This document shows positions 27,315-37,233 of a stretch of DNA of 64,000 nt, one piece after another. The stretch comes from an uncultured Gammaproteobacteria bacterium (lineage in GTDB: Bacteria > Patescibacteriota > Microgenomatia > UBA10105 > UBA927): positions 44,877 to 108,876 of the forward strand of contig CAYVAR010000001.1 in assembly GCA_964449675.1 (NCBI GenBank). Direction: 5' to 3'. The position numbers and the translations under genes were made by a program. Below the pieces are notes generated by a model. That model was not told the origin of the DNA, did no database searches, and was given only the letters and a program-made list of their open reading frames with translations. How positions within the stretch are numbered: position 1 is the stretch's first letter; each line of letters starts with the position of its first letter.

Positions 27315-28574
27315 ATGCTTGAAGATAAAAAGCAGCAAGCGATAAACGCGATAAAAAAGAAATTGTTGGGAAAACAATTGTCGTATAACGAGATTTTTTC
27401 CATCATGGACGAAATAGCCAATAAACGATTGGGTCCGGTGCTTACGACATACTTTGCAGCAGCGGGGTTTACCGAAGGGTTTAATGATGAGGAATTGTAC
27501 TTTCTCACAAAAGCAATGGTCGCGACTGGACCACGACTCCATTTTAAAGGTATTGTGGCTGATAAACATTCTACTGGAGGAGTAGCAGGAACGAGGACGA
27601 CCATGATCGTGGTTCCAATTGTTGCAGCCGCAGGTTTTCAGATTCCAAAAACATCTTCACGCGCTATCACATCTCCATCAGGTACAGCAGATACGATGGA
27701 AGTTGTTGCACCAGTGACATTTTCTCCAAAACAGATTGAAGCGATCGTTGCAAAAGTCGGCGGGTGTATTGTCTGGGGAGGACATTTGGGACTAGCTCCT
27801 GCTGATGACATGATCATTCAAGTCGAACAGCCACTTGCCTTTGAATCATTTGATAAAATTATTGTTTCTATAATGGCCAAAAAAGTGGCATCGGGAGCAA
27901 CACACGTGGTACTTGATATTCCCGTTGGTCCGAAGATGAAAATACAACATTTTAGAGACGCAGAAATTATTGAAAAAAAATTTACTTTCTTGGCAAAAAA
28001 ATTTGATATAAAAATAACGACTGATATAAATGAGATTCGTCAAAACGCCGGTCGAGGTATAGGACCGGTGCTTGAAGCGCGGGATGTATTTGATGTGCTT
28101 GAGCAAAAAAAAGGCCGCCCGCTTGCTCTTGAAGCCAAAGCACTACGACTTGCCGGAAAATTATTAAATCTATGCTTTGCCGATACACGAGAGAAAAAAG
28201 ATCTTCTCGGAGATGATGTCGCGCGCGATATCCTCCAATCTGGAAAAGCACTTGCGGAATTACGTGAGATCATAAAAGTACAGGGTGGAGATCCGGCTAT
28301 AGATAGTTCTAAACTGCAACCCGGGAAAGCGACCTACCATGTCACATCACCTCGTCACGGTCATATCGTTTCGATAGACAATAAGCAAATCACGGTACTT
28401 TGCAGAATATTAGGCTGTCCGACTGACAAAAAAGCTGGAATGTTCTTAAATAAGAAACTTGATGAGGAAGTAGACAAGGGTGATATACTATGTACGATTT
28501 ATAGTTCCGATCGCTTTAGGCTAAAAGAAGCAGTCGACACACTCAAGAACATACCAGTATATACGGTAGAGTAA
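27315..28574 (+). CDS. AMP phosphorylase / thymidine phosphorylase (pyrimidine-nucleoside phosphorylase family).
   Basis: Contains the DKHSTGGVAG motif and the TSSRAITSPSGTADTMEV motif. The domain order is that of type-II nucleoside phosphorylases. Confidence 0.85.
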   Translation: MLEDKKQQAINAIKKKLLGKQLSYNEIFSIMDEIANKRLGPVLTTYFAAAGFTEGFNDEELYFLTKAMVATGPRLHFKGIVADKHSTGGVAGTRTTMIVVPIVAAAGFQIPKTSSRAITSPSGTADTMEVVAPVTFSPKQIEAIVAKVGGCIVWGGHLGLAPADDMIIQVEQPLAFESFDKIIVSIMAKKVASGATHVVLDIPVGPKMKIQHFRDAEIIEKKFTFLAKKFDIKITTDINEIRQNAGRGIGPVLEARDVFDVLEQKKGRPLALEAKALRLAGKLLNLCFADTREKKDLLGDDVARDILQSGKALAELREIIKVQGGDPAIDSSKLQPGKATYHVTSPRHGHIVSIDNKQITVLCRILGCPTDKKAGMFLNKKLDEEVDKGDILCTIYSSDRFRLKEAVDTLKNIPVYTVE

Positions 28575-28679
28575 TGTAAAGCTCAAATGTCAAAACTCAA
28601 AACTATAGCGTAAATCTTAAAACTTTTTAGATTTGGGTTGTCGTTATGCGTTTTGAACTTTGCGTTTTGAGTTTGGTAT

Positions 28680-28874
28680 ATGTTAAAGAACATCATTGCG
28701 CCAGTGCAAGCGTGGTTACTTTCTCAGGGTAAATGCGTGGGGTGCGGACGAGACCTTACTAAAAAGCAAGGGAAGGGATTTATACGGGTAGATTGCATGT
28801 GTGGGCGTATATATATGTATGACTCTGATGCTCGTAAATACAAAAGGGCGACACTTGATGAAATTAACAAATAA
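28680..28874 (+). CDS. Small zinc-ribbon-like protein of 64 aa.
   Basis: Contains the cysteine pattern CVGCG ... CMCG. It overlaps the 5' extension of the mltG ORF in another frame. Confidence 0.35.
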   Translation: MLKNIIAPVQAWLLSQGKCVGCGRDLTKKQGKGFIRVDCMCGRIYMYDSDARKYKRATLDEINK

Positions 28875-29850
28875 TCCGTCAAAAAGTTTTTTGTTTCGTA
28901 TTGGCATACTTTTTGTTGTTGCCATAGTTTTCATTGTGAGCGGGTGGATATGGTGGTCAGATGGAATTTCTTCAGTTGATCCTACAGATAAAAAACCAGT
29001 TGTTTTCGTCGTCCGTCGAGGGCAAGGAGTACGCGACATAGCCGCAAATTTAGCGCTGCAGCGTCTCATACGCAGTTCCACGAGTTTTTTTCTCATCGTA
29101 AAATTTCTTGGAGTCGAAAAAAACTTACAGGCTGGTGATTATCGGCTCAATCGATCCATGGATGCAAAAACGATTGCCCTTGAACTTACGCACGGTATTG
29201 TCGATGTATGGGTGACGACGCTTGAAGGATGGAGAGTAGAAGAAATTGCTACAAAACTTGCCAAGGAATTAGATATACCGGAAGCAGAATTTTTGAAATA
29301 TGCGAAAGAAGGACATATGTTTCCAGATACATACCTCATTCCTCGTGATGCAACTCCTGCCGCGGTTGCCAAACTTTTTTTGACTACATTTGATACAAAG
29401 GTAACAAAAGACATGCTAGATGATGCAAAAGAAACAAACCTTTCACTTGAAGATATTGTGACCCTTGCCTCAATTGTCGAGCGGGAAGGCAGAAGCGATC
29501 TGGATCGTCCAATTATTGCCGGAATACTCCTCAAGCGTTTGCAAGAAAAGTGGCCTCTCCAAGTGGATGCCACACTGCAATACGCACTTGGGTATCAATC
29601 GTATGAAAAATCCTGGTGGAAGAAATCATTAGAGAGTGAAGATAAGAAACTTAAATCGCCATACAATACGTATCTTCATACTGGACTTCCGCCTGGACCA
29701 ATCGCCAACCCCGGTCTTTCTGCTATAAAATCAGTCATTTATCCCAAGGACACTGAATATTGGTATTATATTCATGATAAAGAAGGCAACGCGCACTACG
29801 CCAAAACAATCGAAGAACATGAACAGAACATCCGCACGTTTCTTCAGTAA
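28858..29850 (+). CDS. mltG: Endolytic murein transglycosylase MltG (YceG-like).
   Basis: An N-terminal transmembrane segment precedes LASIVEREG, LQVDATLQYALG and YNTYLHTGLPPGPIANPG, which match MltG signature motifs. Confidence 0.85.
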   Translation: MKLTNNPSKSFLFRIGILFVVAIVFIVSGWIWWSDGISSVDPTDKKPVVFVVRRGQGVRDIAANLALQRLIRSSTSFFLIVKFLGVEKNLQAGDYRLNRSMDAKTIALELTHGIVDVWVTTLEGWRVEEIATKLAKELDIPEAEFLKYAKEGHMFPDTYLIPRDATPAAVAKLFLTTFDTKVTKDMLDDAKETNLSLEDIVTLASIVEREGRSDLDRPIIAGILLKRLQEKWPLQVDATLQYALGYQSYEKSWWKKSLESEDKKLKSPYNTYLHTGLPPGPIANPGLSAIKSVIYPKDTEYWYYIHDKEGNAHYAKTIEEHEQNIRTFLQ

Positions 29851-30354
29851 AAAAGACAACGAGTTTTTTCAACAACCAGATGTAACCTTAAGTTGCATTT
29901 GTCGCATCATGTTGCTATAATGTTCTTATTGTAAAATAAACTATGGCGCTAACACCTGATACTCGTCCTGGTTGTGGAAATTTTGATTCTCTTTCGGGAG
30001 TTTGTCTTGCAGGACGGCTGCATAGGGAAAAAAATATTCCCACAATGGCAATCATAGCGAAAATTTCTCCTCCTGGTGCGATCGAGGGACCTGATGTTCA
30101 AATCGACGGAATAATATGTAAAGTTAGAAACGGATCTCCAGATCAAATAGGATGCAGCGATTATGTGCCTAGAACTGAAGCAGATGACACTAGAGATCTA
30201 ATGCTTGATTAAAGGCATAAAATGTTTGATATTCTTCAAATAATTAAAGTCGTTGACAACGCATTCTTATTGGTTTAAGATTTCATCTTACTATAAGATT
30301 ATTGAGGTGTCATGCCTAGTATTTTTTACAGTTACGGCCTTTCCGTAAAAGGGG

Positions 30355-32856
30355 ATGCATATGCTAGATGAACTTAGAGGAGGTTACGGCCAAGACGAAA
30401 TTGAACAAAAATGGTCGGGCATCTGGGATCATTTACAATTATTTCAAAATACTCCTGATAATGAGCTTAGCCAACAATTAACTGGTGATAAACTTTATCT
30501 TCTTTTTGCATTTGCCTATCCATCCGGATCAGGGCTTCACGTAGGGCACGTAGAATCAAAAACCGCACTAGATATTCTTTCTAGATACTTCAGAATGCAG
30601 GGAAACAATGTATTCTTTCCCGTCGGATGGGATGCCTTCGGTCTACCTGCTGAGAATTATGCTGTAGAAACCGGGATTCACCCGGCAATTACCACTCAAA
30701 ACGCTATTGATACATTCCGAAGACAAGTACGACGCCTCGGGATTTCCTACGAGTGGGCAAATGAAATAGCAACAAGTGATCCAGAATATTACAAATGGAC
30801 GCAATGGATATTTACTCAATTATACGAGAACGGATTAGCCTATCATGCCGATGGACCTGTAAACTGGTGTCCATCCTGTCAAACAGTCTTAGCCAATGAG
30901 CAGGTTGAAGAAGGAGACTGTTTTCGTTGTCACAGTGAAGTAATTCAGAAGCAAATGAAGCAGTGGTTTTTAGGGATCACTCATTATAAGGATGAACTGA
31001 TTGACGGTCTTGCGACAGTGGATTGGCCAGAGTCTACCAAGAAAATGCAGAGGGATTGGATTGGCAGACAGGAGGGCGCGAACGTCATTTTCCATCTGCA
31101 GGATACGGATGCGGATCTGGCGTGTTTTACGACCAGATTAGACACCGTTTGCGGAGTGACGTTTGTTGTAGTTTCACCAGAAAAGTTTACGGAATATGGT
31201 TTAGCAAGTTATGTGCCGGATGATTTATGGGGTCCAGTAAGTGAGTATCTAGAAAGAGCCCAGCACAAGACAGAAGAACAACGTAAAAAAGGCGAAAGAG
31301 ATAAATACGGTATACACACAGGACTTACGATGTTAAATCCGGTGACAAACGAGGAAGTTCCTCTGTATCTTGCAGATTATGTACTTCCAAATTATGGTAC
31401 CGGTATCGTGATGGGCGTTCCCGCTCACGATGAAAGAGACTATGCGTTTGCAAAAAAATACGGTCTCCCGATACGTCAAGTTGTTCAGAATGATACGCAA
31501 AGTGAGCAGGGCGTTTTTTCCGAAGAAGGAATTCTCATCAATTCCGGTGAATTGAACGGTTTGACATCAGAACAAGCAAGAATTACTTTAATGCAGCAGT
31601 TTCCCGGCCTTATAGAATCTGCTGTAACATATAAACTTCGAGATTGGCTTATTTCTAGGCAAAGGTACTGGGGTGCTCCGATTCCGATCGTCTATGATCC
31701 GCAGGGTAAGCCGCATCCAGTAAGAAAAGAGCATCTTCCATGGTTATTGCCGACGGACGTAGATTTTAAACCCACTGGTGAGTCACCATTAAGATCATCC
31801 AGAGAATTTTTAGAAAGAACTGAAAGACTATATGGTGAAGGTTGGAGACCAGAGTACGACACGATGGATACTTTTGTCGATTCAAGCTGGTATTATCTCC
31901 GTTACCCAGATGCCCATAACCCGAATGAGTTTGCAGCAGCTCAACGGCTTCAGAAATGGCTTCCAGTCGATTTCTACATGATCGGTGCTGAGCATACTGT
32001 TCTTCATCTATTATATTCTCGTTTCTTCACTAAGTTTCTTCGAGATCAGGGATATCTAGCCTTTGATGAACCATTTCAAACGATGAGACATCAGGGGATG
32101 ATACTCGGGCCGGACGGGAAAAAGATGAGTAAATCGCTTGGTAACGTCATAAATCCAGATGACGTTATTGACCGATTCGGAGCAGATACGCTTCGCATGT
32201 ATGAAATGTTTATGGGTCCGATTGACGTTGATAAACCATGGGATGATCGTGCCGTCCATGGAGTATATAAATTTCTTTCACGGGTAGCGACATTAGTCAG
32301 ATCTTTTGAACAAGTACAAAAACCGCAACGAAGTCAAAATCTTGAAAAACTACTTCATCAAACTATCCGGAAAGTGACTGAAGATATAGAAAGGCTGAAA
32401 TTTAATACGGCAATAGCCGCTATGATGCGATTTGTAAATGAATGGTCCAGAGAGCAACGAGAAAATCCGACAGTAAATTCAGTGCTTACACCCGACGAAA
32501 TAGCTACTTTTGCAAAGATCCTTTCTCCATTTGCGCCATTTCTTGCGTCGGAAATATATTATCTTATTGAATCTAAAAATGGGGAAAATGGTCTTGAGCA
32601 AGATTATATTGTTCATTTACAACCATGGCCTATCTACGACGCAGCCCTTTCCACTGAACATGAATATCTCATCCCGGTGCAAATCAACGGCAAAGTGAGA
32701 GGACATATACCTATTTCAGGTGATATCATAAGGGATGAAACGAAGGTTTTCGCATTGGTCTATCAATTAGAGAGTATACAGGGAAGACTAGCGGGTAAGA
32801 ATATTAAAAGTCAAATATACGTTGAAGGAAGAATAGTCTCGATTGTAACCGATTAA
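30355..32856 (+). CDS. leuS: Leucyl-tRNA synthetase.
   Basis: Contains the HVGHVESKTALDILSRY (HIGH) motif, a KMSKS motif (KMSKSLGNV), and the CP1 editing and anticodon-binding regions. Confidence 0.95.
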   Translation: MHMLDELRGGYGQDEIEQKWSGIWDHLQLFQNTPDNELSQQLTGDKLYLLFAFAYPSGSGLHVGHVESKTALDILSRYFRMQGNNVFFPVGWDAFGLPAENYAVETGIHPAITTQNAIDTFRRQVRRLGISYEWANEIATSDPEYYKWTQWIFTQLYENGLAYHADGPVNWCPSCQTVLANEQVEEGDCFRCHSEVIQKQMKQWFLGITHYKDELIDGLATVDWPESTKKMQRDWIGRQEGANVIFHLQDTDADLACFTTRLDTVCGVTFVVVSPEKFTEYGLASYVPDDLWGPVSEYLERAQHKTEEQRKKGERDKYGIHTGLTMLNPVTNEEVPLYLADYVLPNYGTGIVMGVPAHDERDYAFAKKYGLPIRQVVQNDTQSEQGVFSEEGILINSGELNGLTSEQARITLMQQFPGLIESAVTYKLRDWLISRQRYWGAPIPIVYDPQGKPHPVRKEHLPWLLPTDVDFKPTGESPLRSSREFLERTERLYGEGWRPEYDTMDTFVDSSWYYLRYPDAHNPNEFAAAQRLQKWLPVDFYMIGAEHTVLHLLYSRFFTKFLRDQGYLAFDEPFQTMRHQGMILGPDGKKMSKSLGNVINPDDVIDRFGADTLRMYEMFMGPIDVDKPWDDRAVHGVYKFLSRVATLVRSFEQVQKPQRSQNLEKLLHQTIRKVTEDIERLKFNTAIAAMMRFVNEWSREQRENPTVNSVLTPDEIATFAKILSPFAPFLASEIYYLIESKNGENGLEQDYIVHLQPWPIYDAALSTEHEYLIPVQINGKVRGHIPISGDIIRDETKVFALVYQLESIQGRLAGKNIKSQIYVEGRIVSIVTD

Positions 32857-32874
32857 CCACGAGTCACAATTACT

Positions 32875-33309
32875 ATGAAGGTTGTATTAGAAAGGGTTTC
32901 GATGGCAGCAGTTACAGTAAGTAAAGAGACTGTTGGCCGTATAGAATCTGGGTTTTTGCTTCTTGTTGGATTTACCCATAGTGACACTGAGGAAATTACA
33001 GGTGAAATGGCAAGAAAAATAGCAAATTTTCGTGTCATGGAAGATGAAAATGGTAAATTGAACAGCACGTTACTGGAGACAGGTGGTAAAATACTTGCTG
33101 TTCCGCAATTTACGTTATATGCCGATACATCAGGTAGGAGGCCTGGATTTTTGGACGCAGCTCGTCCTGAACAAGCTCATACCCTATTTGATACTTTTGT
33201 GACTCAGTTAACTTCTGAGGGCATATCTGTAGAAACTGGTACGTTCGGCGCGTTTATGAGTGTGCAATCAATAAATGAGGGACCTTTAACGCTTGTTGTT
33301 GAAATCTAA
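32875..33309 (+). CDS. dtd: D-aminoacyl-tRNA deacylase.
   Basis: The sequence aligns end to end with Dtd: MKVVLERVS ... FLLLVGF ... QFTLYADT ... GRRPGF ... ETGTFGA ... NEGPLTL. Confidence 0.9.
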   Translation: MKVVLERVSMAAVTVSKETVGRIESGFLLLVGFTHSDTEEITGEMARKIANFRVMEDENGKLNSTLLETGGKILAVPQFTLYADTSGRRPGFLDAARPEQAHTLFDTFVTQLTSEGISVETGTFGAFMSVQSINEGPLTLVVEI

Positions 33310-33318
33310 GGAGTATCC

Positions 33319-34632
33319 TCAATTTTTTCCCAACCCGAGACATTGAGTTTTGTATATACGATACGTTGATTTGGGAAACGCATTGCTCTCCCATTCTTTG
33401 AATACTTCGGTGAAGATATTTATGGCGCGCAGTATTTCTCTATGCGTTATCGTTAGAGGAGGGTGTATGCGTAATACGTCATTATTTTTTCCAAAATATC
33501 CGACGTAGAGTCCCTTCTCAAGACACCTGACACCAAAGAGGGCCGCAAGAGGCTTATCATCTTTTGAGCGTATTGATAAGCCGATTTGGAATCCAATTCC
33601 CCGAACCTCACAACGTAGAGAGTCTCCAGACCTCCTTATCAGATTGTTTAATTGATGAATGAAAAATATTCCATTTTTGTTAACAGAATTCAAAATATTC
33701 TCTTTTTCGATAATGGATAGAATTTTTGTCCCAACTGCACAGGCAGGAGGATGTCCAGAATACGTGAAAACATGCTGTGCTTTGTCAAGCGAGTCAATTA
33801 CTTCTGATCGACCTATACAAGCTCCTAAAGCAATATAACCTCCGCTTATACCCTTGCCTACGACGATAATATCCGGTATGACATCAAAATGCTCTATGCC
33901 CCACCATTTTCCGGTTCGGCCAACTCCACTTTGCGCTTCATCATCTATCAGGATTACCCCATACTTTTGAGTTAATCTTTTCAGTTCGGCAAAAAAATAC
34001 TTGGGCGGAACAAGATTTCCTCCGTCTCCTTGAATAGGCTCAATGATAAAGCATGCAATCTTACCGGTTTGAAAATATTCTTCTGCGGCTTTTAAACACG
34101 CGTCGGCCCCTTTTTTTGTAATCGGAAAGTCTAAAAAGAAAAACTCATCAGAACTCAAAATTCCATTCCTTATACCTGGAAACCCAGTAGCTTGTGCAGA
34201 TAGTCCCGTACTTCCGTGGTATGCATTATGAAAAGCAATAGTTCCTCTTCTTTGTGTAAATTTTCTTGCTGCTTTAATAGCACCGTCTATACTGTCGGAT
34301 GCAGACATGCCAAACATTACTTTCTTTCTGAAGTTTCCCGGAGTTATTCTGATTAATTTTTCGGCTAGTTCTATAGTTTCTATATTAGGAGAATAGACAA
34401 AACATGACTGTGTAATTTTTTTTGCAACAGTTGCATATGCATCGATTACGTCTGTCCGTCCATAACCAACATTTACTGAGGAAGCGGCTGAAAATAAATC
34501 AAGATATTCTTTCCCTTCAACGTCTTTGATGGTACTTCCGCGAGCGGATTCCAGAGCAATTCCATATAATCCAGCATACTGAGCTCTGGCTATATATTTT
34601 TTAACTTTCCTAAATACCTGTGTAGTTTTCAT
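33319..34632 (-). CDS. Class-III (omega) PLP-dependent aminotransferase.
   Basis: Contains DEAQSGVGRTGKWWG followed by the catalytic Lys in VVGKGISGGY, with the fold-type I class III pattern. Confidence 0.85.
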   Translation of the reverse strand: MKTTQVFRKVKKYIARAQYAGLYGIALESARGSTIKDVEGKEYLDLFSAASSVNVGYGRTDVIDAYATVAKKITQSCFVYSPNIETIELAEKLIRITPGNFRKKVMFGMSASDSIDGAIKAARKFTQRRGTIAFHNAYHGSTGLSAQATGFPGIRNGILSSDEFFFLDFPITKKGADACLKAAEEYFQTGKIACFIIEPIQGDGGNLVPPKYFFAELKRLTQKYGVILIDDEAQSGVGRTGKWWGIEHFDVIPDIIVVGKGISGGYIALGACIGRSEVIDSLDKAQHVFTYSGHPPACAVGTKILSIIEKENILNSVNKNGIFFIHQLNNLIRRSGDSLRCEVRGIGFQIGLSIRSKDDKPLAALFGVRCLEKGLYVGYFGKNNDVLRIHPPLTITHREILRAINIFTEVFKEWESNAFPKSTYRIYKTQCLGLGKN

Positions 34633-34640
34633 ACATTACC

Positions 34641-34666
34641 AAAAAAATTCCCCCTTCTCGGGGGGC
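34641..34666 (-). terminator. Intrinsic terminator on the minus strand, between the 468-aa gene and the aminotransferase gene.
   Basis: The minus-strand transcript reads GCCCCCC-gagaa-GGGGG followed by TTTTTTT. Confidence 0.5.
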
Positions 34667-34780
34667 TTATGTGCTATCACACAAAATGCTCCCCGCTAAG
34701 AGGAAAGGAGAACGAGAAGGAGCGTATTTATAGAATAATTCATATCTTGAATATCAGTATATCAGACTATATGTTTGAGG

Positions 34781-36187
34781 TCAACTATTAATAAAACTTA
34801 GAAATTTCATAAGGAGGTCTTCACTACCGATATCACCGATCATCACAAGAATATCCCGTTCAATTTCGTTCAATCGTTTGAGTTCAAGCGATCGTTCGGC
34901 TCCTGACAACTGTGAGTTAATTAAATCCCTCATATAATTCAGATAAGACAATGGCGAATCGGAATAGGTCCGTATTCCTAAATCATACCGTGTCCGATAG
35001 TACACGGGTGTACTCCCGACTCTTGTAATTGCCAGTGTACTGGCAACAGGAGACAATGCATGATCCGGTGAGGCGGAGAAAATTTCATAACTTATTGACG
35101 CAGCAGTTGCTTCCGATTCGCTGGTGCAGAGTAATGTCTGACTCGTCTCTTTAGAAGTCGATGCAGGATGAAATCTTCCGTTTCTTCTGATGTATGCACG
35201 TGCGATATTAAACATTCGTTCGGGTCTACCACCTATTGATACGGCAAAAATGCTTTTTTCTCCATCTTCAAAGACATTGACTTTGGGATGATAAACTGAA
35301 TCTTTGAATAATAATGGATGCATCGCGGCATAAACATGGGAGAGTTTCGCACCGTTATCGTTACCGTGCTTGATTCCTCTAGCATATAGTATAGCAAGCG
35401 CTCTTTTCACGTCATCATCTTGAGAATCCAAAAGTAATTGTGAATAGTTTTGAATAACTTCACGCGTGATAGGGTCATGCATACCCCACGGATTTTCAAA
35501 TTCAAAATATACATACGGAAAAATTTTATTATGAAAATAGTAAATATACTTGTATATATATTCATACGTTCTCGTCATATGTTGTAGCACCTCTTCTGAG
35601 GACATTTCTGCGGCATTTACCGAAATTGCTGTATAAGGAGCGAAAAAAATTCTAAGCCTCGGGAGTTCAAAGTCGATAATATTCTTTCGTTTTAGTTCTC
35701 TTAAATTTTCTAATATTTTTATACCTGGTATGACATACGATGGTGCTCGAATATTTGTATCCTCATCATTACTTCCCCCAAATCCAGTACTAATTGTCAG
35801 TTCTTCAAATAGCCTAGGATCGCGAGCTAAAAGAATCGAGGTAGATAGCAGATTTAAATAGGAATCTTGATGGATAGATCGAATCTGGGTACCCAGCAAG
35901 AAACACTCCAATATGGGTCGAACTGCTGCACGGGCCCTTTTGCCTTCGTCGCTGTCAGGGTTGACTCCCGTTAGGGTCAGCGAAAATATCTCTGCAATTT
36001 GAGCTTTGAGTGTGGGTGATACACGATTTACCTGTAATTCACCATTACCTGTATCTAATAAAATTGCTGTTTGTAAAATGAGGTCTGTACTCTGATTGAG
36101 AACTCTACGAAACCCTTGATCAAGAGTAATATTGTAATCTTCGCAATGCAAAGGAATGCTAGTATCGTAATACTTTTCGGGGGTCAT
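34781..36187 (-). CDS. Hypothetical protein of 468 aa, probably an enzyme of unknown family.
   Basis: Long ORF with no transmembrane segment, signal peptide or motif I can assign. Confidence 0.45.
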   Translation of the reverse strand: MTPEKYYDTSIPLHCEDYNITLDQGFRRVLNQSTDLILQTAILLDTGNGELQVNRVSPTLKAQIAEIFSLTLTGVNPDSDEGKRARAAVRPILECFLLGTQIRSIHQDSYLNLLSTSILLARDPRLFEELTISTGFGGSNDEDTNIRAPSYVIPGIKILENLRELKRKNIIDFELPRLRIFFAPYTAISVNAAEMSSEEVLQHMTRTYEYIYKYIYYFHNKIFPYVYFEFENPWGMHDPITREVIQNYSQLLLDSQDDDVKRALAILYARGIKHGNDNGAKLSHVYAAMHPLLFKDSVYHPKVNVFEDGEKSIFAVSIGGRPERMFNIARAYIRRNGRFHPASTSKETSQTLLCTSESEATAASISYEIFSASPDHALSPVASTLAITRVGSTPVYYRTRYDLGIRTYSDSPLSYLNYMRDLINSQLSGAERSLELKRLNEIERDILVMIGDIGSEDLLMKFLSFINS

Positions 36188-36458
36188 AATTAATTTTATG
36201 CTTTAGTCTATTATATAATGTATCAATCTGGTATAATTATTACGACGGCCAATTACAACCTATAATTATACCCAAATTATACAATTTTCAAGGAATAATA
36301 TAGGTGACAATAAAGAATTCTGGCCAATATACATAATTAAACAAGTATATCAGGGTTTTATTATAAGTCAATGTAAACTTATTTAATCATTAACCTATAA
36401 TTTATTTTGTAATATATAAGTCTTAGCATCAGATTTTTTTAAGGGGAGAGAACTTAAT

Positions 36459-36749
36459 ATGTCCAAGATAATAGCAGAGTATCCTGCGCGAACTTCATTG
36501 CAGGATGTATTTGATTCAAATAAGATAATCGAACTAATGAGAATGGATCCTGGTGATTGCAGAGTATTTTACACTTTGTATAAAGGAATGCTACTTGAGA
36601 TGAACGCACTCCGGCCGAATAATGTCGCTATGGCAGATGCTACAGATACAGCCAATGGACTTTGGGATATACACCGACCTGATTGTTTTCTTGGATCTAT
36701 ATCAGCGCACTTTCCAAGTGGAGTAATGGAACACAGGTTATCTGAATAG
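36459..36749 (+). CDS. Hypothetical protein of 96 aa.
   Basis: Listed ORF with an RBS-like GGGGAGAG upstream. No motif. Confidence 0.35.
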   Translation: MSKIIAEYPARTSLQDVFDSNKIIELMRMDPGDCRVFYTLYKGMLLEMNALRPNNVAMADATDTANGLWDIHRPDCFLGSISAHFPSGVMEHRLSE

Positions 36750-36750
36750 A

Positions 36751-37029
36751 TTGATCCTTAAGAAAATCAATACAAGCAGAACCTATCCTTCCTTCTCGTC
36801 AACGACAGCCAACCAATTCGCCATTCGAGCAACGGGCGGCGTAAAGTTCGTGTTGGCCGTGGACGGTAAAGGCAACGCCTCGCGATGGTGCGAGGCTACG
36901 ACCACAGGAGACTTTCGCTGTACCACTGGTGGTCTGACTGTTTCCCTCACTCAGCTCTTTGCGGAAAATGCCGCCCTCAAGCAGCAACTGAAACAACTTG
37001 AGGAGCGGATCGCAAAATTGGAACAGTAA
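36751..37029 (+). CDS. Fragment resembling the C-terminal chaperone-of-endosialidase (tail-fibre) domain; probably a gene remnant.
   Basis: NQFAIRATGGVKF ... resembles the N.F.VRA.GG.RF start of the tail-fibre intramolecular-chaperone domain, and the sequence ends in a coiled coil. Local GC is clearly higher than the flanks. Confidence 0.3.
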   Translation: MILKKINTSRTYPSFSSTTANQFAIRATGGVKFVLAVDGKGNASRWCEATTTGDFRCTTGGLTVSLTQLFAENAALKQQLKQLEERIAKLEQ

Positions 37030-37233
37030 ACGTTTTTAAGAAGGCCCACCGATGAGACGAGAACGTGCAGTACATGCAACTGCTCATATGTGCGTTCTCC
37101 TCTCCAAGTTTTCATTACATTATAATAATAGGTAAATGTAGGTACATGACCCTAAATAAAATTGAGGAAGACAATGCGGTAGTGAGCGGAGTGAAATTGA
37201 CATCGTACACTTTTCGTTCGTACAATCAATACA

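Noticed and set aside
29943-30212. An 89-aa ORF in the long leuS upstream region.
   Set aside because: No Shine-Dalgarno sequence and no recognisable motif. I retain it only as a possibility under the long-leader finding.
29851-30354. A T-box riboswitch upstream of leuS.
   Set aside because: I could not find the conserved T-box sequence (AGGGUGGNACCGCG-like) or a specifier-loop architecture by eye.
36751-37029. A diversity-generating retroelement variable-repeat/template-repeat pair. I considered this because of the GC-rich C-terminal fragment.
   Set aside because: There is no reverse-transcriptase ORF anywhere in the window, and no second near-identical repeat copy with adenine-specific mismatches.
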